A stretch of 64,000 bases of DNA, taken from Octopus vulgaris. Lineage: Eukaryota. Within the stretch, counting starts at the first letter, position 1. Each line of letters begins with the position of its first letter. The stretch spans positions 181,412,001 to 181,476,000 of the forward strand of contig OX597816.1 in assembly GCA_951406725.2 (NCBI GenBank), given 5' to 3'. Both the position numbers and the translations under genes were made by a program. A model generated the notes under the pieces. The model did not search any database, was not told the DNA's origin, and worked only from the letters and a program-made list of their open reading frames with translations. This document shows, piece by piece, positions 35,546 to 48,884 of this stretch.

Positions 35546-36690
35546 TACAGAGTGGGCCGTAATGTTGGGACACATTTTAATTGCTAGTATCTTGGGTTAT
35601 AAAAATGACATAGAGTACCAAATACAGTTATGTAATAAATAACTGATATACAGCAATTCAACATATCTAAGATTTTACAATTTTTACAGGTAGATGGTGC
35701 TGGTGACCCTCATAATGTTGTGGACTCCAAACGAAATTGCATACGTTGGTGAAGCATATTTCACCAGCCAAAGATCCATCGTTGCTGCCCAAAGAAAATC
35801 TCGACAGTGTTTTGGAAAGCGATAGGTATCATCCTGAAAGATGGTCCTGTGTGCGGTCACAAACTTTCGTGAGACAAACGATACGGAGAAGAATAAAAAC
35901 CCCAGGTCGATCTCGAACGTCTCGTGGTGCATATGATATTTTTGTTGTCTTCTAGTCAAGTAGGCAGTGCCTATGAGACATACGGGGTTTCCGAGGCTAG
36001 TGGAAGAGAGGAGGAAGGTAGCTCCAAACCGGAGACCTGGCTTGAAAGCTTACTGTAGAGTAAACTCTGCAAAAAGGTTTGCTAAAGACACTCAATTACT
36101 CGGTGTTTCTGTTAAACAACTCAAATAAAACGCTTTTGAAGAAAGTCCCTCGAATTCCACGCATCGATTCGCTTAACAGTTGAATATTTCGCGAACCAGT
36201 GTCTGAAAGATTTGAAAACATGACATACACTTGTATCCATGTAAGGTACAGCTAGTGCAGCAATTGCCTCCGCCAGATAAGATGCAAAGAAAGACTTTTA
36301 GTGATTGGTTCGCCAATATGTGCTGGGAGGAAGAGGATTTCATCAGATGAAGTTCCTTTTAACCTTTTTGATTATGTTAATAAATGAAATTGTAGGTTTT
36401 GGGGGTTGTGAAAGTCCTCAAATCGTGCATGAAAGGACTTTGCACAGTGAGGGGGTTACAGTGTGGTGTGCGGTGACTTATGCATGTGTGGCTGGTGCTT
36501 ACCTTTTTAAGGACGAACACGGTGCAGCTGTAAAGGTAACTGCTGAGCGCTACAACCATATGCTGAAGACCTTTCCCGAGTTACAGAAGCTTGCCCTGAC
36601 ACAGATGTGGATGCAACAAGATGGTGATTGTCAAGGACAACTCTTCGAGAATAATTCCCCAGACATCTCATTTCGCCGATAGTTGTTGTT
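35546..36690 (+). mobile_element. Degenerate Tc1-superfamily transposon, interrupted by a 205-bp insertion
   Basis: TA-CAGAGTGGGCC terminus. Translation includes SDE..F and LHSEGVTVWCAVTYACVAGAYLFKDEHG...MWMQQDG. Confidence 0.65.
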
Positions 36691-37877
36691 GACATACAAC
36701 AGCAGTAATTTTATTCAGCTGAATACACGTCATTGAGTGGTTGAAATTGCCGAAATACGAGAAATTTAACGTCAAATAACTTCGTAAATATAAATTTTTC
36801 TCAAAAACGCTAAGAGTAAAAGATGTTTTATATGACACATTCTACCAGTATCCGAAGTTTGAAAGTGTTTCATTACAAAAAATTATTTTTAAAATCTGTA
36901 GGTCAAAAGGTAAAGATCCCAGTTCTAACCATACCGCAAAGGATTCTGTTTATCAACAACTAAGAATATCACTTTTTGATTTGTTTGCAATGGTTATGAT
37001 GTAATATGTGCAAGTCAGAGGATAAGGTTGCATGTAGCAAGTTGAAAAAAGGGCTTGTGTTTGAAGAAAGGCCGCGTGCTGCATAAATATTTCTGGATGC
37101 ATTGAAAGAAATTGACGCAAGAAATAGTTCATAGCTATCCTTGATTTTATTCAACCGTTACGAAGTTTTTCACAAAATACAAATGTTAGTTTTAATAGAG
37201 AGAATATCTTGTAGAAGTCTATCATCAAGTTGTATGAAAGGAGAAAAGCAATGATATAAAGCTCGTGCGAGATTTGCAACTAATAGTAAGTTAGCTGTCT
37301 GTAAATAGCAGAGGAAAGAAGTCAGGCGCTGGGGAGAAAGGAAGGAAATTTGACTATAAAAGTTGCCAAAGAAAGAATATTTTGCTGTTTGTGTCTCAAA
37401 TTCATACTTGTGCCAAAGTCGAACTAATCAATAACAATGGAATTGTATGAGCTGTCTCAATCGAATTCTTTCTCACTTAAGATGGTGACGATTTCGAATG
37501 ATGACACTAACAAATTCTGAGTGCAAATTCAGAGAACAATGGACAGACGCATGAAGACCGAGGTTTCGATTCTTGGTTATGCGTTCAGCGTGTATCTGCT
37601 GCATGCTTTTTTTTTTTTTTTCTGTTTTGTCCTCAATTAAGATCTTTTGTTCTCAATTGACCGGGTGAAGTACTTTATTAATTTAAAGGACAGTGGATTG
37701 GCATAATTGTGAGGGCGTCTCCCCTACCGTATTCACTTATACCTACATACGTTCTATGATCAAATCACGCCACGTTCAGTTTTGTTTTTCATTCTTCAAG
37801 AACCTATAAAATAAGCAACCGTCAATTAATAAATATGATTGATATAATCGATGTTATGTACCTATATTAGATATCAA

Positions 37878-38325
37878 GGCTGAATCGTTAGCACGCCGGA
37901 CAAAATGCTTAGCAGTATTTCGTCTGCCGCTACGTTCTGAGTTCAAATTCCGCCGAGGTCGACTTTCATCCTTTCGGGGTCGATTAAATAAGTACCAGTT
38001 ACGCATTGGGGTCGATATAATCGACTTAATCCGTTCGTCTGTCCTTGTTTGTCCTCTCTGTGTTTAGCACCTTGTGGGTAGTAAAGAAATAGGTATTTCG
38101 TCTGCCGCTACGTTGTGAGTTCAAATTCCGCCGAAGTCGACTTTGCCTTTCATCCTTTCGGGGTCGATTAAATAAGTACCAGTTACGCACTGGGGTCAAT
38201 ATAATCGACTTAATCCGTTTGTCTGCCTTTCATTCTTTCTGAGCCGATAAAATATGTACCACTTGAACCCTGGGGTCGATCTCTTACCAGAAATTGCTGG
38301 CCTAGTACTAAAATTTGAAACTAAT
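37878..38325 (+). mobile_element. Multimeric Tx1-tailed tRNA SINE
   Basis: The first unit ends GCACCTTGTGGGTAGTAAAGAAATA and restarts at GGTATTTCGTCTGCCGC. Confidence 0.85.
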
Positions 38326-39216
38326 ATCATTGTTTCTTCAAGCTTTAGCTCAAGTCTCTATATTTTTTATTACTGGTCCTTTATAACCAACGAGGGACCT
38401 TTATACAGTCTCTTGAATGGCTAGAAATATCAGCCAAGCTTCTTTATATCACACTCTACGTTTTTCCATTAAAATGAATAAGAAATATTAGATAATATAG
38501 TATTATGTACTTCCAAGTCGTGATAGTCATGGATGGACAGCCTTCTTGATGTGAGTGGACCTGGAGATAAACAACAATACTGTTATGCCTTCTACGCATA
38601 ACAATCAAGTCCCGCTCAAATCTCATTGTTTCATTTTGAAAAAAATAGCCAAGAAATAGATGTAGGATAATGTGCGTCTGGATAATCTATGCTTCAGAAA
38701 AAGAAGATAGAATAATCACGGATATCGTCTCTTTTTGATCAGAGCTCTGTCCTATTAGATCTGACCTGTTTGGGCTGCAATAACAAGAACGCTAACACAG
38801 TCCTGTGTTTGAGCCTGGCATCAGATAACTATGATCAATTAATGTGCAGTTATAATATGGACTAGAGTTTAAATTACAATATATTAAGGAAGGAAACATT
38901 AACAAAACGTCCCCAGCATAGAGGGGAAAGGCTTGACAAATACGGCAGAAGGTGCTTGAAACGCTGTCATTTACATGACAGATACAACAATGAAAAGAAT
39001 TTTATATATACATACGGACACAGAAATACCTATAAATCTCTGTGTTAATTTCACAGAAAAAAATTCTTCATGGGAGGTAAATTGCCCGGAAATCCGGTAA
39101 TTGTTTACTTCGACATTTGCAAGTTTATTTCTCTGTCGTCTGTATCTAATAAATAAATTCAAATCAAATCAAAGTTAGTGCTGGCATCTCACTGATGAAT
39201 TGTTGTTGTTATTGTT

Positions 39217-39482
<266 letters not shown>

Positions 39483-40119
39483 TGAATTTGTTAATTTGTA
39501 TAGATCCCATGATTTATGATACGTACCTCCTGTGTAGAAGATACAAGCCATTGTTTTCTCTGTGCTTATTTTCTTTTTAATAAAATTGTTGCTCTCTCAA
39601 ACTCCTCAGCTTGTTAGCTCTTGAAATGCTACGCTAAATTATTGGTACTTAGGTCAGAATACATCGTAACATTTTATTTTATTATTTCAACTTGGTTGTA
39701 TTTTGAGAGATTGTCTAAGTATCTACCCCACAAGGCATTTATTCCAGGTGGTATAATAATAACCTTGGCCTACTCATTAAAACTTTTAAGTCATTGACTA
39801 AGTTTCATTTGAAACATTTTGGCGGCACTTTAGCGTGGAAGGTTTATATTGACCAATCGAGATATTCGGACATTCAGTCCGAGCTTTACTTATTGTTCCT
39901 TACATAGTGTTCCGCTTTACTTGCGCACACGAAATTTATTTAATTTAAATCTCTCCACATGCACGTGCAAGTATATTTGCTAATGCGTTTACACTCATAG
40001 TTTCAGTTCACGAAAAAAGAGGCTTTCACGCATAATTATACATTTATATACACGCAGATAAATACAATGACAAACAAATCCGTACAAATATGATGACCAA
40101 GACAAGTACATAGCTATAT

Positions 40120-40499
<380 letters not shown>

Positions 40500-40661
40500 G
40501 CTTGTCTGTCTGTCTGCCTGTATATGTATATGTATGCATGTATGTTTATGAAAGGAGACACCAGTATACAAGTAGACATACAAACAAAATATACATGCCT
40601 GCACATGTAAAAACACCTAAATCTATCTATCAATCAATCTATCTATCAATCAATCTATCTA

Positions 40662-40694
<33 letters not shown>

Positions 40695-41116
40695 ATGACA
40701 GAGAAGCAATGTAGATAGCTGTATATGATTATATAAACAAATACACGTATATATCATACAGGGGAATCCATAACCTTTGAGTATTCTTTTGCGAAAATGC
40801 GAAGCTTTATCGAATAGAATCGACTGAACATTTTAAACGCCTCTATTTCAATCATATCTACTAAGAATTGCACAATTCGTAAAAAAATTGTGAAACTACT
40901 GAAAAGAAGGAACCAAGATTTTAAATGAAGTCCTTATGGTAAATATATATATTCCTTTGATATATATTTTTCTGTCTTTATTTTGTTTGTTTCTTTAATG
41001 CTACACTTCGATTAACAATATTGTTTAGTTAAAGACCTCAGGATTTTGAAGTAAGATGCTTTAAAAAACAAAACGGTTATTAGTAATTTTGATGTTGGTT
41101 TCTGATCTATCTGTTT

Positions 41117-41227
<111 letters not shown>

Positions 41228-42609
41228 CATGTATGTATGTCTCTTCTATTTTAATTATTATAAATCTTCCATTGTGGAAGGATCCGGTTTCCAACAAAGA
41301 TACAAAGTTCCAAATTGGGATGTAATTAACACAGACAAATTCACATTTGGAACTTGAGAAAAGCCATGTACGCATGCATGTATGTATGTATGTATGTATG
41401 TATGTATGTATGCATGCATGTATGTATGTATGTATGTATGTATGTATGTATGTATGTATGTATGTATGTATGTATGTATGTATGTATTTATATTCTCTTC
41501 TGTTTTTAATTATCTAAATTCTTCCTCTGAAGAAGGAGCTTGTTTCTAACAAAGATAAAAAAAACTACACCGTCAGAATGCAGATAACAAAAACGATGTC
41601 ACATTTTAAACGTGCTCCATTTTGAACAGATTGTATTTGTGATGTACGAGTTAGTTGATTGATTTCTTTTCCTGAAAATCCATGCTTATCTAGAATGTTA
41701 GGCATTCACTCACAAAACCAAATGCACCAATTATTATTGGTATGAATGTAAATTTATAATCTGGATACAGAAGCTGCCGGTTTTGAAGCAACTATCCATA
41801 GTTATCCTCTTTTTCTTTGATTGTCAAAGAGATATTCACATCAGCCGGACAGCTGACCTCTATAACGGTACATACCTCTCATTGTCTGTCCCAAACAACA
41901 ATATCCGTCCACTTGACATGTTTTTATGGGAATGTTCAACCAGCATCCCTTGTGTTGATGTTTCCGTACCTATTCAATAACAGGGGTATTCTCTGCATTT
42001 ATCCAAGGACAGTTTTTTTTCAGAATAGCATTGCATATCGTTTATGCGTCAACATCATGCTGCATAAGGAGATAGTACCGTGATGACATTTAGGGGCAGC
42101 CCCTAATCACATGCGGGATGCCCTCCACAGATACATGGCATAATCCACATTTTGGAGTTTCAGGTGTCTCACTGTCTCTTTAGTGTATGCATGCATGCAT
42201 GTATGTATGTATGTATGTATGTATGTATGTATGTATGTATGTATGTATGTATGTATGTATGTATGTATGTATGCATGTATGTATGAATGTATGCATGTAT
42301 GTATGTATGTATGTATGTACATACATTTTTTCGTTTTCTTTTCTTGCCAAATAAACACACGCATTATGTATTCGTTCTTCACTCGTTTGTTTTTGTTCTT
42401 ATTTTATCCTACGTCCATTGTCTAGAAATCTTTAGTCACACACCTGTGACCTCTTCGGCGACACGTGGGATAGAAGAGTCGTTGAAAATATCACAGACGT
42501 GTGACGAAATATTTTCAGACAATGGACGCAGGATAAAATAAGAAAAATAATAACACACACACACACACACGTATATATATATATGTGTGTGTGTGTGTAT
42601 ATTTATATA

Positions 42610-43472
42610 TGATGGCTGCCCCCTCGTTATCGAGTATGGCCATTGCACGAAGCCTAACTGTTATTGGTGATCGAATGTGACTTTTTAGCCCAGCTAAAGA
42701 TCTACAATGTCTTGTACAGATTTGGCAATTAAAACCTTTACCGGCCAACAGCCGGCTGTAGTTGTAACTGTGTTTCATGTACCTTTGCATGTCGTTTAAG
42801 TCCTCCTGCCGAATTACACTCTCTTCTACATGCCCGACAGATATGATTAGTATGGTGTGTTACACCACCACCAGTGGTCAGGTTGTCACTCATCTGTCTC
42901 GCTTTATGACTACGAAGATGACTCTTGAGTCCAGCTTTACTGCGGCAGGGTCTTGCACAGGCACTGCATGTCAGCATCATAGGAAGACCCTGACCATCTG
43001 GAAGTGTAACAGCGATGCCCTTCCTGACATCCCTCCTTACTTTCTCATGTGCAACTCGAGATTTCTCAAAAGTAGCTATCCCCTCGTGCACAATCCTTCT
43101 CCACCTGCTACGATCAATAACTATGCCTTCCCATGTGTCAGGAGAGATGCAAGCATCTCATAAGGAAGCCTTCAGCAAGTCCTTATACCTCTTTTTTGGT
43201 TTATGTGGAGGTCGTTCTCCTTTAGCTAACTCTCCATAAAAGAGTCACTTTGGCATCCTTGAATCCTTCATCCTGACCAGATGACCACTCCATCTGAGCC
43301 TTTGCTTTAACACAAGAGCTTCTATACTTTCACACCGAGAGCCTTCCAATATTTCAAGATAACTGATGCGGTCCTTCCACTTAATGTCATAGATCCGTCT
43401 GAGACACATCTGATGGAAACGTTCCAGTTGTTTAAGGTGGTATCGATATGTGATCCATGTCTCGCAAACCGG
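42610..43472 (-). pseudogene. RTE-clade LINE 3' fragment with C-terminal C2H2 zinc fingers
   Basis: CETWITYRYHLKQLERFHQMCLRRI..W.DRIS, RLRWSGHLVRMKDSRMPK, then three CxxC...H fingers. Confidence 0.85.
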
Positions 43473-44999
43473 CAACCCCACCAAGTTTGCTTGGTGAGGA
43501 GGGTGTTTATTGGACACCCTGCGGGATGAAAAACAAAACCCGTCAAAGGGCGGAGGAACTCTTGAGAGTCAACGGCCATCCAATAAATGTCTTAAGGCTG
43601 TATCATGCGCGGGGACATAGAAATAATTGGACTGAATACCCGATCGCGCGGTTAAACCATTGGGAGTCAAGGACTCCCAGCCTTTGTTAGGGCATCCTTC
43701 TAGGAGAAGGTAACTCAGGTAACTGGGATAACTCCGACATAAAACCTGCGGCTCAGTGGTTACCGATGATGTTGACTTGTTCTTCTTTTCGGATTATGGC
43801 TGCTGTTGCTTAGTGAGTGGGATTGACTCAGTGCACAGCCTTTCCTCACTTTAAAAAATATCTTCTTGCACAGGCATTGCACGATTACAACATTGATTGA
43901 TTAAATTGATTAACTAATTCATGATTGTTGATGGCGTTGTGAGTCTCAACTGAATGGCTGGCTGTAGCCTTAAAAAGCAAAAAATCAATATATATATATA
44001 TATATATATGTACGTGGACTCATTTTATATGGGGGGAGAGACTTAGCGGTGTGATGCTTAAGCTGTTCTCAGCCTGAATCGAGCAAACCCATGGTCAAAG
44101 ACATTCCCTCCACGACCACTACATTTTATTTTCAAACATTATGTTATCGAAAGTGTAACTTTCCACAACTGTAGCATGATATTAGTGAGAGTTGGTCGCT
44201 ATTTCTAGTAGTTGAGTGGTTGCATAGGAACTTCTTCGATGTTCCTGCTTCTCTCAAAGTCATTAATGATGCAAGTGAAGTGAAATGAAGATTTCGGAAT
44301 CGAATTTAATCCATTGGTACCACTAAGAGTGTTCTATTGACTTGTTCTGTTGATATTGGAATATAACCAACAACGAAAAACGACAGATAATGTTATATAC
44401 TCTGTGGGATTCGAACTCAGATGGATGAATGGATGGATGGATGGATTAGCTCATCATCATCATCACCACCAACAACAACAGCCTTTAGGTACCATGTTAC
44501 TGCAGTGCCGAAATGTGTACAGAAATATTTCTGAGTGATGATGTCCACCAGAAATTATAAGACAATTTTGTGAAAAGAAATGAGCTGCCAGGCATGCAGA
44601 CCATCGAATTGGCCACTTGATGCCACTTGATGCTACTGTCCAACGGTAAACAAGTGAAGAAACATGCCAAGAATTTCAGTCTATAACAACATTCACTACT
44701 ATGAATGGGGTGGGGTTTACAGACCTAGTTTAAAATTTACTTCAAAACAATATGACGCCCCATAAGAAAAACAAGACATTTAATAAAATTATCATTTTCC
44801 ACACTATTAACTTCATCTTTAGAATGCATATTTACATTATTTATATCTACATTTCGTAGCAATAAACTTGTTTACCAAGTCACTGGGATTGGATAAAATA
44901 TCTTAGTTTAGAAAGGAAATTCCCAGTTCGAATCTCATCAGTGATAAGATACAATATTTTCCGGCATACAAGTCGAATTTTCAGACCAAAATTTACATA

Positions 45000-45390
45000 G
45001 GCGTAGGAGTGACTGTGTGGTAAGTAGCTTGCTTACCAACCACATAGTTCCGGGTCCAGTCCCACTGAGTGGCACCTTGGGCAAGTGTCTTCTACTATAG
45101 CCTCGGGCCGACCAAAGTCTTGTGAGTGGATTTGGTAGACGGAAACTGAAAGAAGCCCGTCGTATATATGTATGTATATATATATGTGTGTGTATATGTT
45201 TGTGTGTCTGTATTTGTCCCTCCAATATCGCTTGACAACCGATACTAGCGTCTTTACGTCCCTGTAACTTAGCTGTTCGGCAAAAGAGACTGATAGAATA
45301 TGTACTAGGCTTACAAATATAAGTCCTGGGGTCGATTTGTTCCAGCATGGCCACAGTTAAATGACTCAAACAAGTAAAAGAGTAAAAGAG
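45000..45390 (+). mobile_element. tRNA/CORE-type SINE with an internal microsatellite
   Basis: GGCGTAGGAGTGACTGTGTGGTAAG...GGCACCTTGGGCAAGTGTC...GGAAACTGAAAGAAGCCCGTCG, with a tail ending AAGTAAAAGAG. Confidence 0.8.
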
Positions 45391-45893
45391 CCCCCAAAAA
45401 GGGACGACTTTGGCGGGCCAAAAATTTCATGTGAAAAACAGCAGGATTTGGAAACATAATAACGATGCTTGAAAGTTTACACAACATATTTACCCTGTAT
45501 AAACTACGTTGACTTTTGTGCCGGAAAATACGGTACACGCACACATCATCCTGGAATATGACGACTGATGTTGACCGGAGATTAAAATAACTGAAATGTA
45601 ATGTAGATATATTTACAATATTTCAATTTTAAATTATTTTGTTAGGGTTATTTCTACAGATATTCTATAGAAATTATAGCCAACACTGATTTTTGCAACA
45701 GCATTTCATATCAAGACATCAAATGTAAACAAACAATAAGATCAAAAACAATAATGGGGAATAAGTGTATACGCCATATTTCGGAGTTTTTTGCCTCTTC
45801 ATCAGTACCCGTCTAACCTATTGTCGCCTCCGAACACATTGCTTATATAGCTACCGCATACAGCAGTGTTAAATTATTGCATATACCAATTTA

Positions 45894-47189
45894 CATTGGG
45901 TTAGCAACTAAGTTCCCACCGTTTTTTTAAATTAAAATTTTTTTAAAGGTTTAATAAAAAAATAACAACTAATTAATCAATAATGTGTTCACCTTTGTTG
46001 TTTACAACTTCTCAACGTTCAACAAAATTTTCAATACCTTTTTGGTAGAAATCACCCGATTTCGACTCGAAAAATTGATCCAACCAAGCTATCAATTCTG
46101 CATCAGTATTGAACGAAACTCTGTGCATAGCATTTGAAAGAGATTGAAAGAGGTGGAAATCCGTTGGTGCTAAATCAGGAGAGTACAGTGAGTGTGGCAG
46201 CACTTCCCAGCCATACGTTTGAATGGCTTCCTTGGTCATATTGGCGATATGAGGGCGGGCTTTGTCGTGAAGCAGAAGAACTCCATGCTGCCGATTAGGT
46301 CTTTTCTCTTGAATAGCCGTGTTGGGTCGTTCCATCTGATGAACAAAGAGTTCCGCGTTGACCGTTTGGTTCCCTTCAAGCAATTCGTAATGGATAATCC
46401 CTTCCCAGTCCCACCATACGCACAACATCGTTTTACGCGGATGAAGATCTTGTTTCACGCACAGTGTCGCTTGTTTACCGGGGCTAAGCCATTCCTCATG
46501 CTGCTTCATATTGATGTACAGGCACCATTTTTCGTCGCCAGTAACGATTCGGCAAAGAAATTGTTGCTTGTGTCCATGAGTTGAGCGCTGACGAGCAAGC
46601 AAACCAGTGGAGATTGTGGCTCGTTGATTTTTGTTGTTGTCACTTAAAGCATGCGGAACCCATGCTCCATACTTCTGAACCTTACCCATCGAGTGAAGAT
46701 GCTTCTCCAAAGCAGTGTGGGAGCATTCCATTTTCTCTGCCAGTTTCCATGTCATTTGACAAGAATTTTCGTGCAAGAGTTGGTTTAATCGCTCTTCATC
46801 GAACTCAACTGGACGGCCAGAACGAGGTGCGTCTTTGAGGTCAAAACTTCCATTTTTGAACTTAACATACCAATCGTGAGCCGTTCTTTCAGCTATCGCA
46901 CCCTCTCCATACACAGCACAAATGTCGCGAGCAGCTTTTGCGGCCTTAGAACCTTGATTAAAAACAAAAAGAAGGTGTCGAAAATGCTCGTTTTTCTTAA
47001 CTGGACATTCCATTTAATGATCTGAAAATGAACAAAAATTAACAAAAGTTAATTAGAAAAAAAAAAGTTAAAATCGATTCTAAAATGATTCAAAAATAGA
47101 ATTCTCAAAAAAAATAGATTCCAAAATTTAAAAACACAATAAATCCCAAAATTAAAAAAAACGGCGGGTAATTAGTTGCCAATCCAATA
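45894..47189 (-). mobile_element. Full-length mariner (DD34D) element with TIRs
   Basis: Imperfect TIRs CATTGGGTTAGCAACTAAGTTCCCACCGTTTT and AAAACGGCGGGTAATTAGTTGCCAATCCAATA, flanked by TA. Confidence 0.92.
46012..47013 (-). CDS. Mariner transposase, near full length, with a probable premature stop about 12 codons before the normal end
   Basis: WVPHAL, VTGDEKW, LLHDKARPH and YSPDLAPTDFHLF. The frame continues EVVNNKGEHIID after the stop. Confidence 0.9.
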   Translation of the reverse strand: MECPVKKNEHFRHLLFVFNQGSKAAKAARDICAVYGEGAIAERTAHDWYVKFKNGSFDLKDAPRSGRPVEFDEERLNQLLHENSCQMTWKLAEKMECSHTALEKHLHSMGKVQKYGAWVPHALSDNNKNQRATISTGLLARQRSTHGHKQQFLCRIVTGDEKWCLYINMKQHEEWLSPGKQATLCVKQDLHPRKTMLCVWWDWEGIIHYELLEGNQTVNAELFVHQMERPNTAIQEKRPNRQHGVLLLHDKARPHIANMTKEAIQTYGWEVLPHSLYSPDLAPTDFHLFQSLSNAMHRVSFNTDAELIAWLDQFFESKSGDFYQKGIENFVER

Positions 47190-47221
47190 TATTAAATGCA
47201 TTCCTGGAGCTGGCACGTAAA

Positions 47222-47322
47222 GTGATCGAAAGAGGTGGAAATCCGTTGGAGCCAAATCAGAAGAGTACGGCGGGTGTGGCAGCACTTCCCAGCCATGTGT
47301 TTGAATGGTTTCCTTGGTCATA
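47222..47322 (-). pseudogene. Short fragment of the same mariner family
   Basis: Resembles 46141-46240 (the YSPDLAP region). Confidence 0.75.
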
Positions 47323-47395
47323 AATGTTTTTATAAGTCAATAACCTTAACAAAAATAATGAAAAATATGCACTGCTAGTGCAATAGAACATGGCA

Positions 47396-47764
47396 TCTCT
47401 CTCTATATAAACGGCAAAATGTCTGTCTGTGTGTGTGTGTCCTTTATACAAATCCACAATTTTTCAGTTAGAGGGTTCGCACTTTCCATGGTCATTCAAA
47501 ACCGTCCAAGGGTGGTCGTGCACATCTTTACATTTCCCCAGTCACCCTGCAAAGCCATTAAAAATCAATAGTAGTGACTTTTTTGTGAATTTTCTATCCA
47601 AAACCCTATCAAAATTCCCGAAACTTGATACGCCAATTGAATGCCAGCTAGCTGTATGTGATTGGTCGGAGATTTGGACAGTACTCGCGTGTATGTGCGC
47701 ATGCACAGAGCTGTATATGCATGCACTAGCACTATAACCCGGCGTTGCCGGGTCATAATGCTAG
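47396..47764 (+). mobile_element. Non-autonomous Helitron-type element
   Basis: A|TC 5' end, subterminal hairpin ACCCGGC-GTT-GCCGGGT, and CTAG|T 3' end. Confidence 0.75.
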
Positions 47765-48234
47765 TTGACTTATAAAACATTTAATATCCTTTGTAGTATA
47801 TTATGATTGCATAACGAAATATCACATACATACAAATCTTTAATCCCCTTAAAAATTAATCCTTAGGTACCAGCTTCAGCAATGCGTTTAATATGTATAT
47901 TGGTACATCCAATAACTTAACACCGCTGTAACATGCGGTGGCTATGTAAGCAAAGTGTTCGGAGGCAAGAATGAGTTAGATGGGTGCTGATGAGGGGATA
48001 AAACCCCGCGAAATATGGCAAATACACACATTAGCCATTTTTTGGGTTTGTTTGTTTACATCTGACGTCTCGATACGAAACGTTGTAGCAAAAATGAGAA
48101 AGTTTAAAAAAAGAAAAAGAAAAATGGATGGTCATCAATTGAATACAACTGATTCGAAGACTAATCGATTAGATATGACCGGGGACGAAGCAACAACAAC
48201 ACCAACAACAACAGCAACACTAATTTACTCAGTT

Positions 48235-48391
48235 ACCGTATTTGCTCGTATATAAGTCGTACTATTTACTTTATATTAGATTTTAACTGAAAAAAAAAAA
48301 ACTGAGATGCGACTTATACGGAAGGCTAAAGTATTTGTAACGAGATTTGACACTAAATTAAGGGTGCGACTTATACACGAATAAATACGGT
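48235..48391. mobile_element. Small pogo-type MITE
   Basis: TIRs CCGTATTTGCTCGTATATAAGTCG and CGACTTATACACGAATAAATACGG. Confidence 0.7.
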
Positions 48392-48522
48392 GGTTAACGA
48401 CACCCGTCAGATGCTGAGTTACCTACAAAACATAGAATGGTTTTGGTATTTAACTCTCTCAGACCTGGGCCCTTGTGGCTAACTTTAGCTTCCACCTGGA
48501 CCCCTGAAAAAAAAAGTCGCGC

Positions 48523-48679
48523 AGGCGTGGCAGTGTGGTAAGAAGCTCGCTTCCTAACCACATGGTTTTGGGTTCAGTCCCACATCATGGCACCTTGAGC
48601 AAGTGTCTCCTACTATGGCCTTGGGCAGACCAAAGCCTTGTGAGTGGATTTGGTAGACGGAAACTGAAAGAAGCTCGTC

Positions 48680-48720
<41 letters not shown>

Positions 48721-48738
48721 CACACACGCACACATATA

Positions 48739-48772
<34 letters not shown>

Positions 48773-48792
48773 CAGACACACATACACACACA

Positions 48793-48884
<92 letters not shown>

